Positions 27,042 to 38,623 of a DNA stretch of 64,000 nt are shown piece after piece. The notes beneath the pieces were generated by a model that was not told the DNA's origin, searched no databases, and saw only the letters and a program-made list of their open reading frames with translations. The translations under genes were made by a program, and so were the position numbers. The stretch lies in the IMG/VR virus record IMGVR_UViG_2731957888_000002, positions 6,959 through 70,958 of that record; one strand, given 5' to 3'. Position 1 is the stretch's first letter. Each line of letters begins with the position of its first letter. The stretch is from a virus (lineage: Duplodnaviria; Caudoviricetes).

Positions 27042-28325
27042 ATGATCTACAATCCGCCTTCCGGCTCGACGAACCCGAACGCTCCGTACGTCGGCATGAA
27101 CATCCCCGCCGGCCAGCAGGGGTCGAAGATCCCGGCGGCGGTGCCCGAGCACACCCAGCGCGAGATCGTCAACGCGATCACCGCCTCGGGTCAGACCCCG
27201 AGCGGCGCCGACCTGACCCAGCTCACGAAGGCGATCCAGTATTTCGCCGCGCAGGCGATCCCGGCCGCGACGGCCCTCTGGCACGTCGGCACCGCGAGCG
27301 CTTCCGCCGCGGCGCCCGTCGTCGCATCGGTCTCGCCGCCGATCGCGACCGAGACCGACCTGGCGCCCTGCCTCATCCGGTTCCCGGCGGGCGTCGCCAC
27401 GGGCGCGGTCCTGACCGTCGGCGCCCTGAGCGGCCCGTTCCAGCGCAACGACGGCTCCCCGATCCAGCGCGGCGACGTGCCCGTCGGCGGCGAGGGGCTG
27501 GTCAACCGCCACGGCAGCGCCTGGCGCCTCGTCGGCTTCGGCCGGGCGGAGGTGCTGACCACCTCCCGCGACGCCCCGACCCTCTACGTGCGCCTGGACG
27601 GCAACGACGGCAACGACGGGCTCGCCAACACCCCCGGCAATGCGTTCCAGACCCTCGACGCGGCGTTTCTGAGGGCGACGAGCCAGTACGCCCTCGCGAG
27701 CGTCAGCCTCACCCTCGGGGCGCCGGGCACCTACCCCGCGCCGGGGCTCATCCCGGCCGCCGCGGGCAGCCTCACCATCATCGGCGACCCGACCCAGCAG
27801 GGGAGCTACGCGATCAGCGGCGCGCCGGCCGCCGGGCGCGGCGTGATCCAGGCGCAGTCGCCCCTCGTCCTGCTCGGGGTCACCGTCGCCAACACCGGCA
27901 CCCAGGGCCACACGCTGGTGGCGGGCCGGGGCGCGTCGATCACCTGCGGCAACGTCTCGTTCTCCGCGGCGAGCGGGATCGCCGGGTATCACGCCTACGC
28001 CTCGGGCGGCCAGATCACGCTCTCGACCGGCTGCACGATCGCGGGCGGCGCCGTCGCGGCGCTGCTCGCCGAGTTCGGCGGCGAGGTCACGATCGCCCCC
28101 TCGACCCTGCTCACCGTCCTCGGCACGCCGACCTTCTCGAACGCCTTCGCGGTCGCCGGGCGGCAGTCCCGCATCACGGCGCTCGGCGGCTCGTCGATCG
28201 CCGGCGCGGCGAACGGGCCGCGCTACGCGGGCAGCGGCTACTCGCTGATCGGGACGAGCGGCGGCGGGGAGAACTTCTTCCCGGGATCGTCGCCGGGCAC
28301 CCGCGACAACGCCCTCTACCAGTGA
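27042..28325 (+). CDS. Tail fibre protein
   Basis: YNPP..., GSKIPA...E..QREIVN.I...G.TP...DLTQL..AI N-terminus; LYVR.DGND.NDGL motif. Confidence 0.85.
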   Translation: MIYNPPSGSTNPNAPYVGMNIPAGQQGSKIPAAVPEHTQREIVNAITASGQTPSGADLTQLTKAIQYFAAQAIPAATALWHVGTASASAAAPVVASVSPPIATETDLAPCLIRFPAGVATGAVLTVGALSGPFQRNDGSPIQRGDVPVGGEGLVNRHGSAWRLVGFGRAEVLTTSRDAPTLYVRLDGNDGNDGLANTPGNAFQTLDAAFLRATSQYALASVSLTLGAPGTYPAPGLIPAAAGSLTIIGDPTQQGSYAISGAPAAGRGVIQAQSPLVLLGVTVANTGTQGHTLVAGRGASITCGNVSFSAASGIAGYHAYASGGQITLSTGCTIAGGAVAALLAEFGGEVTIAPSTLLTVLGTPTFSNAFAVAGRQSRITALGGSSIAGAANGPRYAGSGYSLIGTSGGGENFFPGSSPGTRDNALYQ

Positions 28326-28780
28326 GCGCCCCCATGCTGACCTACGATCCCCGCGCCTGGTACTGGCGCGCCGACGACGGCCGCGTCTTCTCCAGCGCGG
28401 CCCTCGGCCTCGTCCCTCCGACCGGACCGGGGCTCGCCGCGTGGCTGGCCGACGGCGGTATTCCGACCGTGTGGCCGCGCGACGACGCCGGCGTGCAGAC
28501 GCAAGGGGCCCTCGACGCGGTCCTGCGCGCCGCCGGCGTCCTCGCGTCGGTGCCGGACGTCTCCTCGGCGCAGGCCAAGATCGCGCTGATCCGCGCCGGC
28601 CACATGCCGGCCGTCAAGGCGGCCGTCGCGGCCAGCGACGAGGAGGTCCAGGTCTGGTTCTCGGATGCTCGCACCTGGCAGCGGCACAACCCGTTCGTCG
28701 CCGCGATCGGTGCCGGCCTCGGGCTGTCCGACGCCGCGATCGACGCGCTGTTCGCCCAGGCCGCCGCGATCGCGGCCTGA
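28322..28780 (+). CDS. Putative tail fibre assembly protein
   Basis: Follows fibre gene; VS.AQ.K.AL...G...W......R..P......LGLS...ID.LF pattern. Confidence 0.65.
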   Translation: MSAPMLTYDPRAWYWRADDGRVFSSAALGLVPPTGPGLAAWLADGGIPTVWPRDDAGVQTQGALDAVLRAAGVLASVPDVSSAQAKIALIRAGHMPAVKAAVAASDEEVQVWFSDARTWQRHNPFVAAIGAGLGLSDAAIDALFAQAAAIAA

Positions 28781-28827
28781 GGCCCCTTCGCCTCCCGTCT
28801 TCCGTCTCAGGCCTACGAGGACCGTCC

Positions 28828-31800
28828 ATGGTCGACATCACGCCGATCGCGGTCGGCCTCGCTCCCAACGACGGCCTCGGCGACGAGGGCCGCGTGGCGT
28901 GGATCAAGGCGAACGCCAACGCCGCGGCGCTCGCGGCCGGGCTCGACGACGCCGGCGCGGCGATCGGCGACCTCAACGTCGCGGTCCTCGGGCGGGCGAC
29001 GCACGCCGAGGTGACGGATGCGGTCGCGGCGCTCGAGCACCGCATCGACGCGGCGGTCCTCGACAGCAACGGCGCCTACGCCACGCTGCTCGCGGGCCTG
29101 CGCAGCGACCTCGACGCCGAGGTCGTCCGGTCGACCGGACGGGACGTCGCGCACGACGCCCAAATCGGCGCCCAGCGCCCCTCGGTCGGGGACTGGCTCC
29201 CGGTCTGCCGGGTGGAGGGCGCGAGCCTGAACGGCGGCCTTGCCAACGCGGCGGTGAGCCAGCCCAACATCGTCGTTCCCGCCGGGTTCTCGGGACAGAA
29301 TGCGTACCTTCGCCTGATCGCGCCGCTCGGTGCGGCGGATTTCGCGCGGCTCGCCGGCCGCACCCTCGAACTCACGGTCGCGGTCTCCGCGTCCGAGGGC
29401 ATGCTGCGGCCGGGCGTCCATCCGCTCCGGGTCGAACCGCTCGAGGTCTTCGCGTCGGGCAATTACGGCCGGGGCACCGAGACCTGCGTCGACGTCATCA
29501 ACGGCACCGGGACGCTGCTCCTGCGGACCGTCCGCTACACGGTCGGCGGCGCCGAGGACGCGATCGGCGTCCCGCTCGTCATCGACGGCCCGACGACGTC
29601 CGGCGTCGGCCACCAGCTCATCGTCACGGGGTTCTCGGGCCGGGTCGTCACCGACGCGACCAACGGCGCCCTCGGCCCGTCCGGCGTCACGGTGGCGCTC
29701 GCCCGGCCGTCGAACGTGCCCGAGCTGGCCGGCGTCGGGATCGACATCGGCGATTTTGCCTACACGACCACGCTCGCCAACGGCGCCTTCGTGACGCCGT
29801 TCTTCGACCGACCCGTGCTCAATATCCCGATCGGGTCGACCGGCGCGACCACGTCCGCCACCGCCATCTGGGCGATCGACAGCCCCACGCTGCTGCGCGG
29901 CGCGCGGGTGCGGCTCGAGGCCGAGATCGCGATCACCGACCCCCACCAGATCGGCCTCTCGGCCGACCTGCGCTGGCGGCCGAGGATCGGCGCGGAGGTG
30001 GTCGCGCAGGACACCGATTACCGGGCGATGCGCCGGATCCGCCCTTACGTCTACCGGGCCGTCATCGAGGCGACGGTCCCGGGCGACGCCGACGAGATGC
30101 GGGTCGTCTGGCAAATCGGCACGGGCGGAGCCCCCGTCACGGTCGCGCAGGCGATCCGCCTCGCCCGCGTCCGGTTGACGGTTCTCGCGGTGCCGGGCCG
30201 TGGCACCGGGTTCACGGGCGGCGCGCGGGTGGGCACGGCCGCGGACATCAACGCCGAGGCGCGGGGCCTGCGGGCCCTGCGCCGCGCGCAGGCCCGCGCC
30301 GCGCTCGGGGTCGCGGCGCAGGCCGGCGCCTACGACCAGCGCCTGATCGTGCCCGACAACACCGGCAGCCTCGCGGAAGCCCTGTCGTACGCGATCTTGG
30401 ACGCCGACATCGGCAATCGCTACGAGGTCGAGATCAAGCCCGGCACCTATGCCGGCGGGCTCAACTTCGGTCTCGACCTGCCGGAATACACGGACCTGTC
30501 CGGCCGCGACCGCGACCGCTGCGTCATCGACGGCCGGCAGCCGGACAGCACTGCGCTCGCCGACATCGCGGCGAAGTCTCCGATCAACGCCAACCGCGGC
30601 GGCGTGATCCGCGGCCTCACCGTCATCGCCGGCAACTGCCGGTATGGCGGCCACGCCGACCCGCTCGACACGGCGCCGAACCGCCGGCTCGTCGTCGAGG
30701 ACTCTGCCTGGATCCACGCCGGCAACGCCGGCGCGGTCGCCTACCAGACCGCGAACGGCGGCAACCCGGGCGGCGTCTGGACGTCGACGGCGGCCTTCGG
30801 GTTCGGGCTGTCGTCGGGCGGCGAGATCGCCTTCCGGCGCTCGCGGTTCCTCGGCGGCGCCTTCACGGCGCTCACCGGGCACTCGAACGGTTCGAAGAAC
30901 GATCCGTCCCGGTTGCTCATCGAGCAGTGCGTCCTGAACCCCCGCGCCGACCCGACCGCAGCAAACGGTTTTTCGCTGCAGTACGGCGTGATCGGGAACA
31001 GCCAGGGCGACGTCGTCACGCTGATCGGCAACGTCCTGATGGGCCCGATCGCCGTGATCTTCACGGCCGATCCCAACGTCCCGGCGGTGGCGCAGATCGC
31101 GGACCGGACGTCCGGGGTCATCTTCGGGGGGCACTCGAACAGCCCGACGCCGGTCGTCATCGGGGACAGCGCGCGGGCTTTGCGCATCGAGAGCGCGGCG
31201 CCGGGGCCGGGCAGCGCGGTGGTGCTGGGCGGCAGCGCGCTCCCGATCCTGTTCGGGAGCGTCATCACCGGCGCCGGCGCGGCCGGCCTCGCGGGGTCCG
31301 CCACCGGCACCCTCGAGGTCGCCGAGGCGATGACGCTGGGCCAGCGGCTCGGCGACCGGACCGGGTCGCCGGTGACGCTGACGATCGCGATCGATGGCGG
31401 GTCGCCCGCCAGCGTCACGTTCGGCAGCAACCACACGGGCGCCTCGAACGAGACGATCCGGTCGACGATCCAGTCGGCGATCGGCGCGGCCGGCACCGTC
31501 AGCCTCTACCAGCCGTCCCTCCGGTGGCGGCCGGTGATGACGGACGAGGAGATCGACCTCGTCAACAGCGGCGCCACGACGATCCCGTTCGGGGCCGCGG
31601 TCGCCTACGGCGACCATCAGGCCGCCGGGCGGATCATGACGTCGGCCGACGATCCGGCCGACTTCGCCGGGGTCTCGCTCGGGGTCATCCGGCCGGGCCA
31701 CGCGGGCCGGGTCAAGCGGCGCGGGATGCTGCGCGTCGCGCAGGACCTGCTGCGCTCCGATGCGACCTCGTTCGTCCGGGGCGCGACCTTCGGGGTCGGG

Positions 31801-31878
31801 ACGACCCCGGGCCGCTTCGCGCTGGGGGTCACCCCCTCGCTCCTCACCGCCGTCAACTCGGCCGACGTCACGCTCTAG
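28828..31878 (+). CDS. Large tail spike/fibre-like protein
   Basis: N-terminal G..PNDG.GD..R.AW.KAN.N motif; IKPGTY followed by a beta-helix-like region. Confidence 0.7.
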   Translation: MVDITPIAVGLAPNDGLGDEGRVAWIKANANAAALAAGLDDAGAAIGDLNVAVLGRATHAEVTDAVAALEHRIDAAVLDSNGAYATLLAGLRSDLDAEVVRSTGRDVAHDAQIGAQRPSVGDWLPVCRVEGASLNGGLANAAVSQPNIVVPAGFSGQNAYLRLIAPLGAADFARLAGRTLELTVAVSASEGMLRPGVHPLRVEPLEVFASGNYGRGTETCVDVINGTGTLLLRTVRYTVGGAEDAIGVPLVIDGPTTSGVGHQLIVTGFSGRVVTDATNGALGPSGVTVALARPSNVPELAGVGIDIGDFAYTTTLANGAFVTPFFDRPVLNIPIGSTGATTSATAIWAIDSPTLLRGARVRLEAEIAITDPHQIGLSADLRWRPRIGAEVVAQDTDYRAMRRIRPYVYRAVIEATVPGDADEMRVVWQIGTGGAPVTVAQAIRLARVRLTVLAVPGRGTGFTGGARVGTAADINAEARGLRALRRAQARAALGVAAQAGAYDQRLIVPDNTGSLAEALSYAILDADIGNRYEVEIKPGTYAGGLNFGLDLPEYTDLSGRDRDRCVIDGRQPDSTALADIAAKSPINANRGGVIRGLTVIAGNCRYGGHADPLDTAPNRRLVVEDSAWIHAGNAGAVAYQTANGGNPGGVWTSTAAFGFGLSSGGEIAFRRSRFLGGAFTALTGHSNGSKNDPSRLLIEQCVLNPRADPTAANGFSLQYGVIGNSQGDVVTLIGNVLMGPIAVIFTADPNVPAVAQIADRTSGVIFGGHSNSPTPVVIGDSARALRIESAAPGPGSAVVLGGSALPILFGSVITGAGAAGLAGSATGTLEVAEAMTLGQRLGDRTGSPVTLTIAIDGGSPASVTFGSNHTGASNETIRSTIQSAIGAAGTVSLYQPSLRWRPVMTDEEIDLVNSGATTIPFGAAVAYGDHQAAGRIMTSADDPADFAGVSLGVIRPGHAGRVKRRGMLRVAQDLLRSDATSFVRGATFGVGTTPGRFALGVTPSLLTAVNSADVTL

Positions 31879-31891
31879 CCTCGAGGCTTCA

Positions 31892-33352
31892 ATGATCCGC
31901 TTTGTCGTCGCGGCGCTGCTCGCGCTCGCCGCCGCCTGGCCGGCTGCCGCGCAGCAGCCGGTCTTCCTCGACGCGGCCGGCGTGGCCCGGATGCGCGTCA
32001 CCGGCACCAGTACGGTGCCGATCGGGCGCTGGCAGGGCGGTCAGTACACGGCGACGTCGGACGCGGTCGAGATCCGCGGATCCGGCTCGACGGGCGACGT
32101 ATCCCGCATGAGCGCGCCACCGGACCCGGGGGCCCCGCTCAACACGCTCTCACGCCTGCTTGCCGACCGGCAGACCACGACCTACACGCCCGATCTCGGC
32201 CCAGGCATCGTCGGCGCGCCGCGCTCGGTCGCCGAGGCTCTGGATGCCGGCTATCTCGATGCCGGCGCACTCGGCTTCCGGTCTTGCCTGACGGACTGCG
32301 CTGCGGCGCGGGCGGCGAACGACGCGGCTTTGGCATCTCTAAGCTCCAAGCTTTCGGATGTCGGCGGTACGATCTTTCTCCGTCGTGGTATTTGGCCCTT
32401 TACCCAAGACTTCAATCTCACCGACAAGCATTTCGGGGTCGTTGGCGAGGGTGGGGGCCGGACAATTATCCGGTATGAGGGAACGGGAAATCTTTTTAAT
32501 ATCACACAGAGCAGTCTGTACTATCGGCTGGAGTTTCGCGATTTCACGGCTATGGCTGCCTCGACCGGCGCCAACACCACTATCAAGATCGTCCGGCCGC
32601 TCGGAAATAGCTCTACCCAGGCCGGCCCCAACATCCGAAACGTCGAATTCGTCCCGACAGACCCGACGAAGTATCAGTGGCAGACTGGTATCGACTGCCT
32701 CGGATGTTGGAATCTGAACGTAACGGAAAATCTTTTCGTCGGCAAAGACAACGCGTTCAGCGCCGACTTTCTTATTCTCAGAGATAAGTCAACCCCTCCC
32801 ACCATCGTCAACAACAAAGTATTTTCGGCCAATCGCGCTGTCTACGCTCCGCCTGGGGCGTTTGTGGAAGGTCCGATTATCGTGGCCAATCAGTTCGTTG
32901 GCGTAAATTACGGCATCTTTCTTGATAATGCGAACAACGCCCCGGGCGCACAAATTATTGGAAATCATATCAACGCATACAAAGCTGGGATCGTTTCTAT
33001 CGCTAGACCGCAGGTGATGATCGCAAAAAATCTTCTGTATCGCTATGGAAGCGAGACGACCGGTTTTGACTGGAATGGCATTTATCTTGGGGCTGCATCA
33101 TCCGATGCTTCCATCGAAGATAATTCTTTCTACGGGTATAAAGGCCAGTATCCGGGTGGAGCCACGGCTGTAACTGGTGTAAATTCTACGGCCGGATCGG
33201 TCTTCGGCGGAATGATGGCCGATCTGAACTATGGAATTGTTGGGTCCCAGAATTGGGCCGTCGTCTACGACAACGTCAAAACGCGAAATGTAACCACTTT
33301 CGATTATCAGCTTGGCGCCGGATCTTATAGAGGCAATGTCTGGGCGTTCTGA
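31892..33352 (+). CDS. Right-handed beta-helix (pectin lyase-like) protein with apparent signal peptide
   Basis: MIRFVVAALLALAAAWPAAA|QQ; ND.AL, GGTIFL..G, GEG, then Asn-rich repeats; 3' part has lower GC. Confidence 0.75.
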   Translation: MIRFVVAALLALAAAWPAAAQQPVFLDAAGVARMRVTGTSTVPIGRWQGGQYTATSDAVEIRGSGSTGDVSRMSAPPDPGAPLNTLSRLLADRQTTTYTPDLGPGIVGAPRSVAEALDAGYLDAGALGFRSCLTDCAAARAANDAALASLSSKLSDVGGTIFLRRGIWPFTQDFNLTDKHFGVVGEGGGRTIIRYEGTGNLFNITQSSLYYRLEFRDFTAMAASTGANTTIKIVRPLGNSSTQAGPNIRNVEFVPTDPTKYQWQTGIDCLGCWNLNVTENLFVGKDNAFSADFLILRDKSTPPTIVNNKVFSANRAVYAPPGAFVEGPIIVANQFVGVNYGIFLDNANNAPGAQIIGNHINAYKAGIVSIARPQVMIAKNLLYRYGSETTGFDWNGIYLGAASSDASIEDNSFYGYKGQYPGGATAVTGVNSTAGSVFGGMMADLNYGIVGSQNWAVVYDNVKTRNVTTFDYQLGAGSYRGNVWAF

Positions 33353-33370
33353 TCGGCCGCCCTGCCGTGA

Positions 33371-34990
<1,620 letters not shown>

Positions 34991-35017
34991 CGCACCCCCC
35001 TCACCGGAGATCACACG

Positions 35018-35218
35018 ATGACCGCAAAGCCCAAAGCGCGGCGCGGGCGCCCGCCCGTGCCCGCCGATCACGACCACGTCGATGGCTGCCTCTGCGGCCA
35101 CGACCAGGCCGAGCACGAAGCGACGCCGGACCACGATTTGCCGGCGGCCAATGGCGGCGTCGAGACGCCCCGCACGCCGCGGCGGCGCGGGACCCGCACC
35201 AGCGTGGGAGAGGCCTAA
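35018..35218 (+). CDS. Small His/Cys/Asp-rich hypothetical protein
   Basis: GGAG RBS; TAATG coupling to the endolysin. Confidence 0.6.
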   Translation: MTAKPKARRGRPPVPADHDHVDGCLCGHDQAEHEATPDHDLPAANGGVETPRTPRRRGTRTSVGEA

Positions 35219-35997
35219 TGCCCAACGCCTTCTGGCTCGCCGATGTGCTGCGCGCCGCCGGCCTCAAGGTCGCCGAGGTCGACGGGTGGAAGACCCGCGG
35301 CCATGGCGAACTCGGAACCGTGCGGATGGTGATGCTGCACCACACCGCCGGCCCGCAAACCGGCAACATGCCGAGCCTCGCGACCGTCACCAAGGGCCGG
35401 CCCGACCTCGCCGGCCCGCTCTGCAACGTCGCGCTCGGCCGGGACGGCACCTGCTACGTCGTCGCGGCCGGGCTCGCCTACCACGCCGGCCCGGGCGCCT
35501 GGCAGGGCATCACCGCCGGCAACTCCTCGAGCATCGGCGTCGAGGCCGAGAACACCGGCTTGGGCGAGTCCTGGCCGGAGGTGCAGCTGGACGCCTACGC
35601 CCGGCTCTGCGCCGCGGTCCTGTCTCATGTCGGCGCCGCGCCGATCATGGCGGTGGCGCACCGGGAATGGGCGCTGCCGAAGGGCCGCAAGATCGACCCG
35701 GCCGGGATCGACATGGCCGCCTTCCGGGCGCGGGTCGCTGGCATCATGAACGGCGCGCCGGTCCGCCCGGCGATCCCCGCGAAGGACATCACCGGGCGGC
35801 CCACGCTTCGGCGCGGCGCCAAGGGTGACGACGTGAAGGTGCTGCAGGCTGCGATCGGGATCACGGCCGATGGCGACTTCGGGCCCGTCACCGAGGCGGG
35901 CCTGCGCGCCTGGCAGCGGGCACACGGGCTGGTGGCCGACGGCATCGCCGGCCCCGGCACTTGGGCCGCGATCGACGGCGCCAAGGCGGCGGCCTGA
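35218..35997 (+). CDS. Endolysin: N-acetylmuramoyl-L-alanine amidase plus peptidoglycan-binding domain
   Basis: HHTA, HAG, SIGVE, HREW..GRKIDP; LRRG.KG.DV..LQ, ADG.FGP.T, HGLVADGIAGP.TW. Confidence 0.93.
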   Translation: MPNAFWLADVLRAAGLKVAEVDGWKTRGHGELGTVRMVMLHHTAGPQTGNMPSLATVTKGRPDLAGPLCNVALGRDGTCYVVAAGLAYHAGPGAWQGITAGNSSSIGVEAENTGLGESWPEVQLDAYARLCAAVLSHVGAAPIMAVAHREWALPKGRKIDPAGIDMAAFRARVAGIMNGAPVRPAIPAKDITGRPTLRRGAKGDDVKVLQAAIGITADGDFGPVTEAGLRAWQRAHGLVADGIAGPGTWAAIDGAKAAA

Positions 35998-36051
35998 CCA
36001 ACTCACCGGAGATCCCGGGCAGTTCGACCCGCGCCGGCCGGGCCAGCCGAG

Positions 36052-36114
36052 CATCCATGATAGCGGCGCGCCCATCCAAGATAGCGGCTGCACCATCCAA
36101 GACAGTGAGGTTCT
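36052..36114 (+). repeat. Three tandem 21-bp repeats (CATCCAWGAYAG core)
   Basis: Units at 36052, 36073 and 36094, ending 1 nt before ATG 36116. Confidence 0.8.
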
Positions 36115-36115
36115 C

Positions 36116-36691
36116 ATGATCCGCAAGCTCTCGCTCGCGGCGCTGGCGCTCGCCTGCCTCGCCGCCTCCATCGTCGCTCCCGCCGCCGCCTGGGCGGCCG
36201 ACGGCCTCGTGAACGCGCCTCTCGTCGCGCCACTCGTCGTCACCACGAAGACGGTTGCGCTCCCCTGGGGCGACTGGGCCATCGCGGTCGGGCACGAACT
36301 CGCCGCTGTCGTGGTCCCCATGCTCGGCGCCCTGGTGATGTGGGCGATCCACCGCTACGTGCCGGTCGCCGGCCTGTTCGTGACGCAAGGCCTCGTCGAC
36401 AAGCTCGTCGCCAACGCCCGCGACTACGCGCTGAACGCGGTCGAGGGGGCGGCCAAGGACAAGGTGCTGACGGTCCCGGTCGGGTCCGAGGTGGTCGCCA
36501 CGGCCGCCCAGCGCGCGATCGACGCCGGCCTGCCCTGGATCGTGCGCCAGGCCGGCGGGGCCGAAGGGATCGCCGAGAAGGTGTTCCGCCTGCTGCACCT
36601 CGAGGAGAACGCCTCGCTCGCGACCGTCCTCGCTCCTGCCCTGGAGCAGATCCGCGCGACCACCAAGGCAACCGCCAAGGCGGCGGCCTGA
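36116..36691 (+). CDS. Membrane protein, putative holin
   Basis: GAGG RBS; signal-like N-terminus plus TM segment; follows the endolysin. Confidence 0.6.
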   Translation: MIRKLSLAALALACLAASIVAPAAAWAADGLVNAPLVAPLVVTTKTVALPWGDWAIAVGHELAAVVVPMLGALVMWAIHRYVPVAGLFVTQGLVDKLVANARDYALNAVEGAAKDKVLTVPVGSEVVATAAQRAIDAGLPWIVRQAGGAEGIAEKVFRLLHLEENASLATVLAPALEQIRATTKATAKAAA

Positions 36692-36745
36692 CGAGACCCG
36701 GGCGCCTTGGCGCGCCCGGGTCCCCTGCCGCAGGGAGGCGCATCC

Positions 36746-37348
36746 ATGCCCTGGAAGGTCCCACCCGCCGCGCCGCTGCCGATTCGGGATCGGCCGGTGG
36801 TCGACGGCTCTGCCGAGGTCGAGGCCATGATGCTCCGTGCCCTCTCCCGGCTCGACCCGGCGCTGGCGCGCTTCGCGCGCGCCGAGCGGCGGCGGGCCGC
36901 GGTCCTCCGGTTCTGGCGCGGGATCACCGCCCATCTGGCGACCCGGATCACCGAATGGGTCGCGGCGGCGTTCATGCTGCAGCTCGGGTGGACGCTCTAC
37001 ATGCCGCCGGACGTCCTGCCGGGTCAGCCGGCCTGGGCGCTCCTGACCCAGATCCTCTTCGAGACGACCTGGGGCATGGTCATGCTCGCGATCGCCGCCC
37101 TGCGCGTCCTCGCGCTCGGCATCAACGGCACCTACCAGGGATTCCGGTTCTCGCCGCACGTCCGGGCCCTGACGGCGTTCCTCGGTTGCGGCATCTGGCT
37201 CCAGGTCGTGCTCTCCCTGTGGCTGTCCCAGGTCCCCGGGACGGCGCTCGGCACGTACAGGATCATCCTGGCCCTGGAGTGCTGGAACCTGTGGCGCGCC
37301 GGTCTCGACGTGGGCTTCGTCGAGCGGAGGCGCGCGGATGCCCCCTGA
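36746..37348 (+). CDS. Multi-pass membrane protein (lysis cassette)
   Basis: About four hydrophobic segments; GGAGG RBS. Confidence 0.7.
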   Translation: MPWKVPPAAPLPIRDRPVVDGSAEVEAMMLRALSRLDPALARFARAERRRAAVLRFWRGITAHLATRITEWVAAAFMLQLGWTLYMPPDVLPGQPAWALLTQILFETTWGMVMLAIAALRVLALGINGTYQGFRFSPHVRALTAFLGCGIWLQVVLSLWLSQVPGTALGTYRIILALECWNLWRAGLDVGFVERRRADAP

Positions 37349-37730
37349 TCCCGCGGCGATCGTCAAATCCCTGCCCGACTGGCTTCAGGTCGGGGCCAAC
37401 ATCGTCCTGTTCCTGGTCGCGATCGGGATCACGGTCGGAGCCTACTTCAAGGGCCACGCCAAGGGCGGCGAGAAGGCCGACATGCTGGATGCCGAAGCCT
37501 TCCTCGAGAGCGGTCCCGTCCAGGGCTTCCTCGGGTCGATCACCGCGATCGCCGAGAACATGCGGCTCCAGACCGAGGCCCAGAAGGTGGCCTCTGCCGC
37601 GCTAGGCGCGATTGCAAAGCTGGTCGAGGACGACTTCGACGAGCGGCGCGTGCATCGCGAGGTCGAGCGCCGGCTCGCGGAACGCGAAGGGCGCCGACCG
37701 GGCCCCACAAACGGCTGGGGCGCCCCCTGA
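37338..37730 (+). CDS. Single-TM protein (lysis cassette)
   Basis: GGAGG RBS; N-terminal TM followed by a helical region. Confidence 0.7.
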   Translation: MPPDPAAIVKSLPDWLQVGANIVLFLVAIGITVGAYFKGHAKGGEKADMLDAEAFLESGPVQGFLGSITAIAENMRLQTEAQKVASAALGAIAKLVEDDFDERRVHREVERRLAEREGRRPGPTNGWGAP

Positions 37731-37771
37731 GGGGCGCCCCGCCTTGAAACATCCGGCCCTAGAGGCCTTAT

Positions 37772-37800
37772 GCCCCCGCCCCCGTGGCGGGGGCTTTTTT
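37772..37800 (+). terminator. Rho-independent terminator ending the late operon
   Basis: GCCCCCGCC-CCCGT-GGCGGGGGC followed by TTTTTT. Confidence 0.85.
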
Positions 37801-37804
37801 GCGT

Positions 37805-37990
37805 TCAGGGGTGGGTCCTGATCTCCTCCTCTTGTTCTGTGGCCGGGGCGGTGGGGCGGGTGCGGAACCGCACCACGAAGCGCCGCCCGCGGGTATCGCG
37901 CTCCTTCTGGGCGATCATCCGCCGGAAGGTGGCGAGACGTTTTTCGGCCTCTTCGGCAGCCTGAACGCAGGCCTCATAGCGAACCATCAT
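37805..37990 (-). CDS. Hypothetical protein
   Basis: Last ORF of the coupled - strand operon. Confidence 0.45.
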   Translation of the reverse strand: MMVRYEACVQAAEEAEKRLATFRRMIAQKERDTRGRRFVVRFRTRPTAPATEQEEEIRTHP

Positions 37991-38231
37991 CCCCTCCCTG
38001 GACCGGGATACCGGCGGCGCGGGCGCGGGAGAGCAGATCCGCGAGCGGGCCGGCGATGATGGCGTCCGCTTCTGCTCGTGCCTGCCCCGCCCGGGCTTCG
38101 AGACAGGCGCGCTGATCCGGCGTGGCTTCCGATGGGACATCGAACATCAGGAGGCCACCGAGCCCGAACCGCCTGGCGATGAGGGTCCGTGCGATGTCCT
38201 CGCGCAGCCCTGCCTTGGTGCTACCGGTCAT
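37974..38231 (-). CDS. Hypothetical protein
   Basis: Overlaps neighbours in the operon. Confidence 0.5.
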   Translation of the reverse strand: MTGSTKAGLREDIARTLIARRFGLGGLLMFDVPSEATPDQRACLEARAGQARAEADAIIAGPLADLLSRARAAGIPVQGGDDGSL

Positions 38232-38469
38232 GGGAGGGCTCCAGAGATTGGCCGCGAAGCTGCGCGATGAGGCGGTCTCGCGCGTCCCGACCGCGCCGCA
38301 TCTCGGTAAGAAGCTCATCCTGCACAGCCTCGCGGTGATCGCAGGCGACCATCAGGCGCTTGAGCGCATCATTCTGCTGTGAGATGGTAGTTGAAGCCAG
38401 AACGAGACCAACCGCTGGCAGAATGCCGCCGGCCGATAAGCCAGCAAGAAAGATGATTATCGGCTTCAT
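38221..38469 (-). CDS. Small membrane/coiled protein
   Basis: AGGAG RBS; hydrophobic N-terminus. Confidence 0.6.
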   Translation of the reverse strand: MKPIIIFLAGLSAGGILPAVGLVLASTTISQQNDALKRLMVACDHREAVQDELLTEMRRGRDARDRLIAQLRGQSLEPSHDR

Positions 38470-38623
38470 GACTGACTCCTATGCTTCGGACGCTTGACCC
38501 CAGCCGCGTCGTAGAGCGCCTAGATCCTGATCTCGGATGCAGCCACCTCGATCCCGCGTCCGGCCCGGATGTGGTCGGAGCGCCATTGCTCGGCCTGGGC
38601 GATGAGGTGGGAGATGTGAGGGG

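Noticed and set aside
15004-28780. Contractile tail cluster as a tailocin or eCIS
   Set aside because: Capsid, protease, portal, replication and repressor genes are present, so it is a prophage.
36116-37730. Rz/Rz1 spanin pair
   Set aside because: No clear lipobox or nested lipoprotein ORF seen; left as unassigned membrane proteins.
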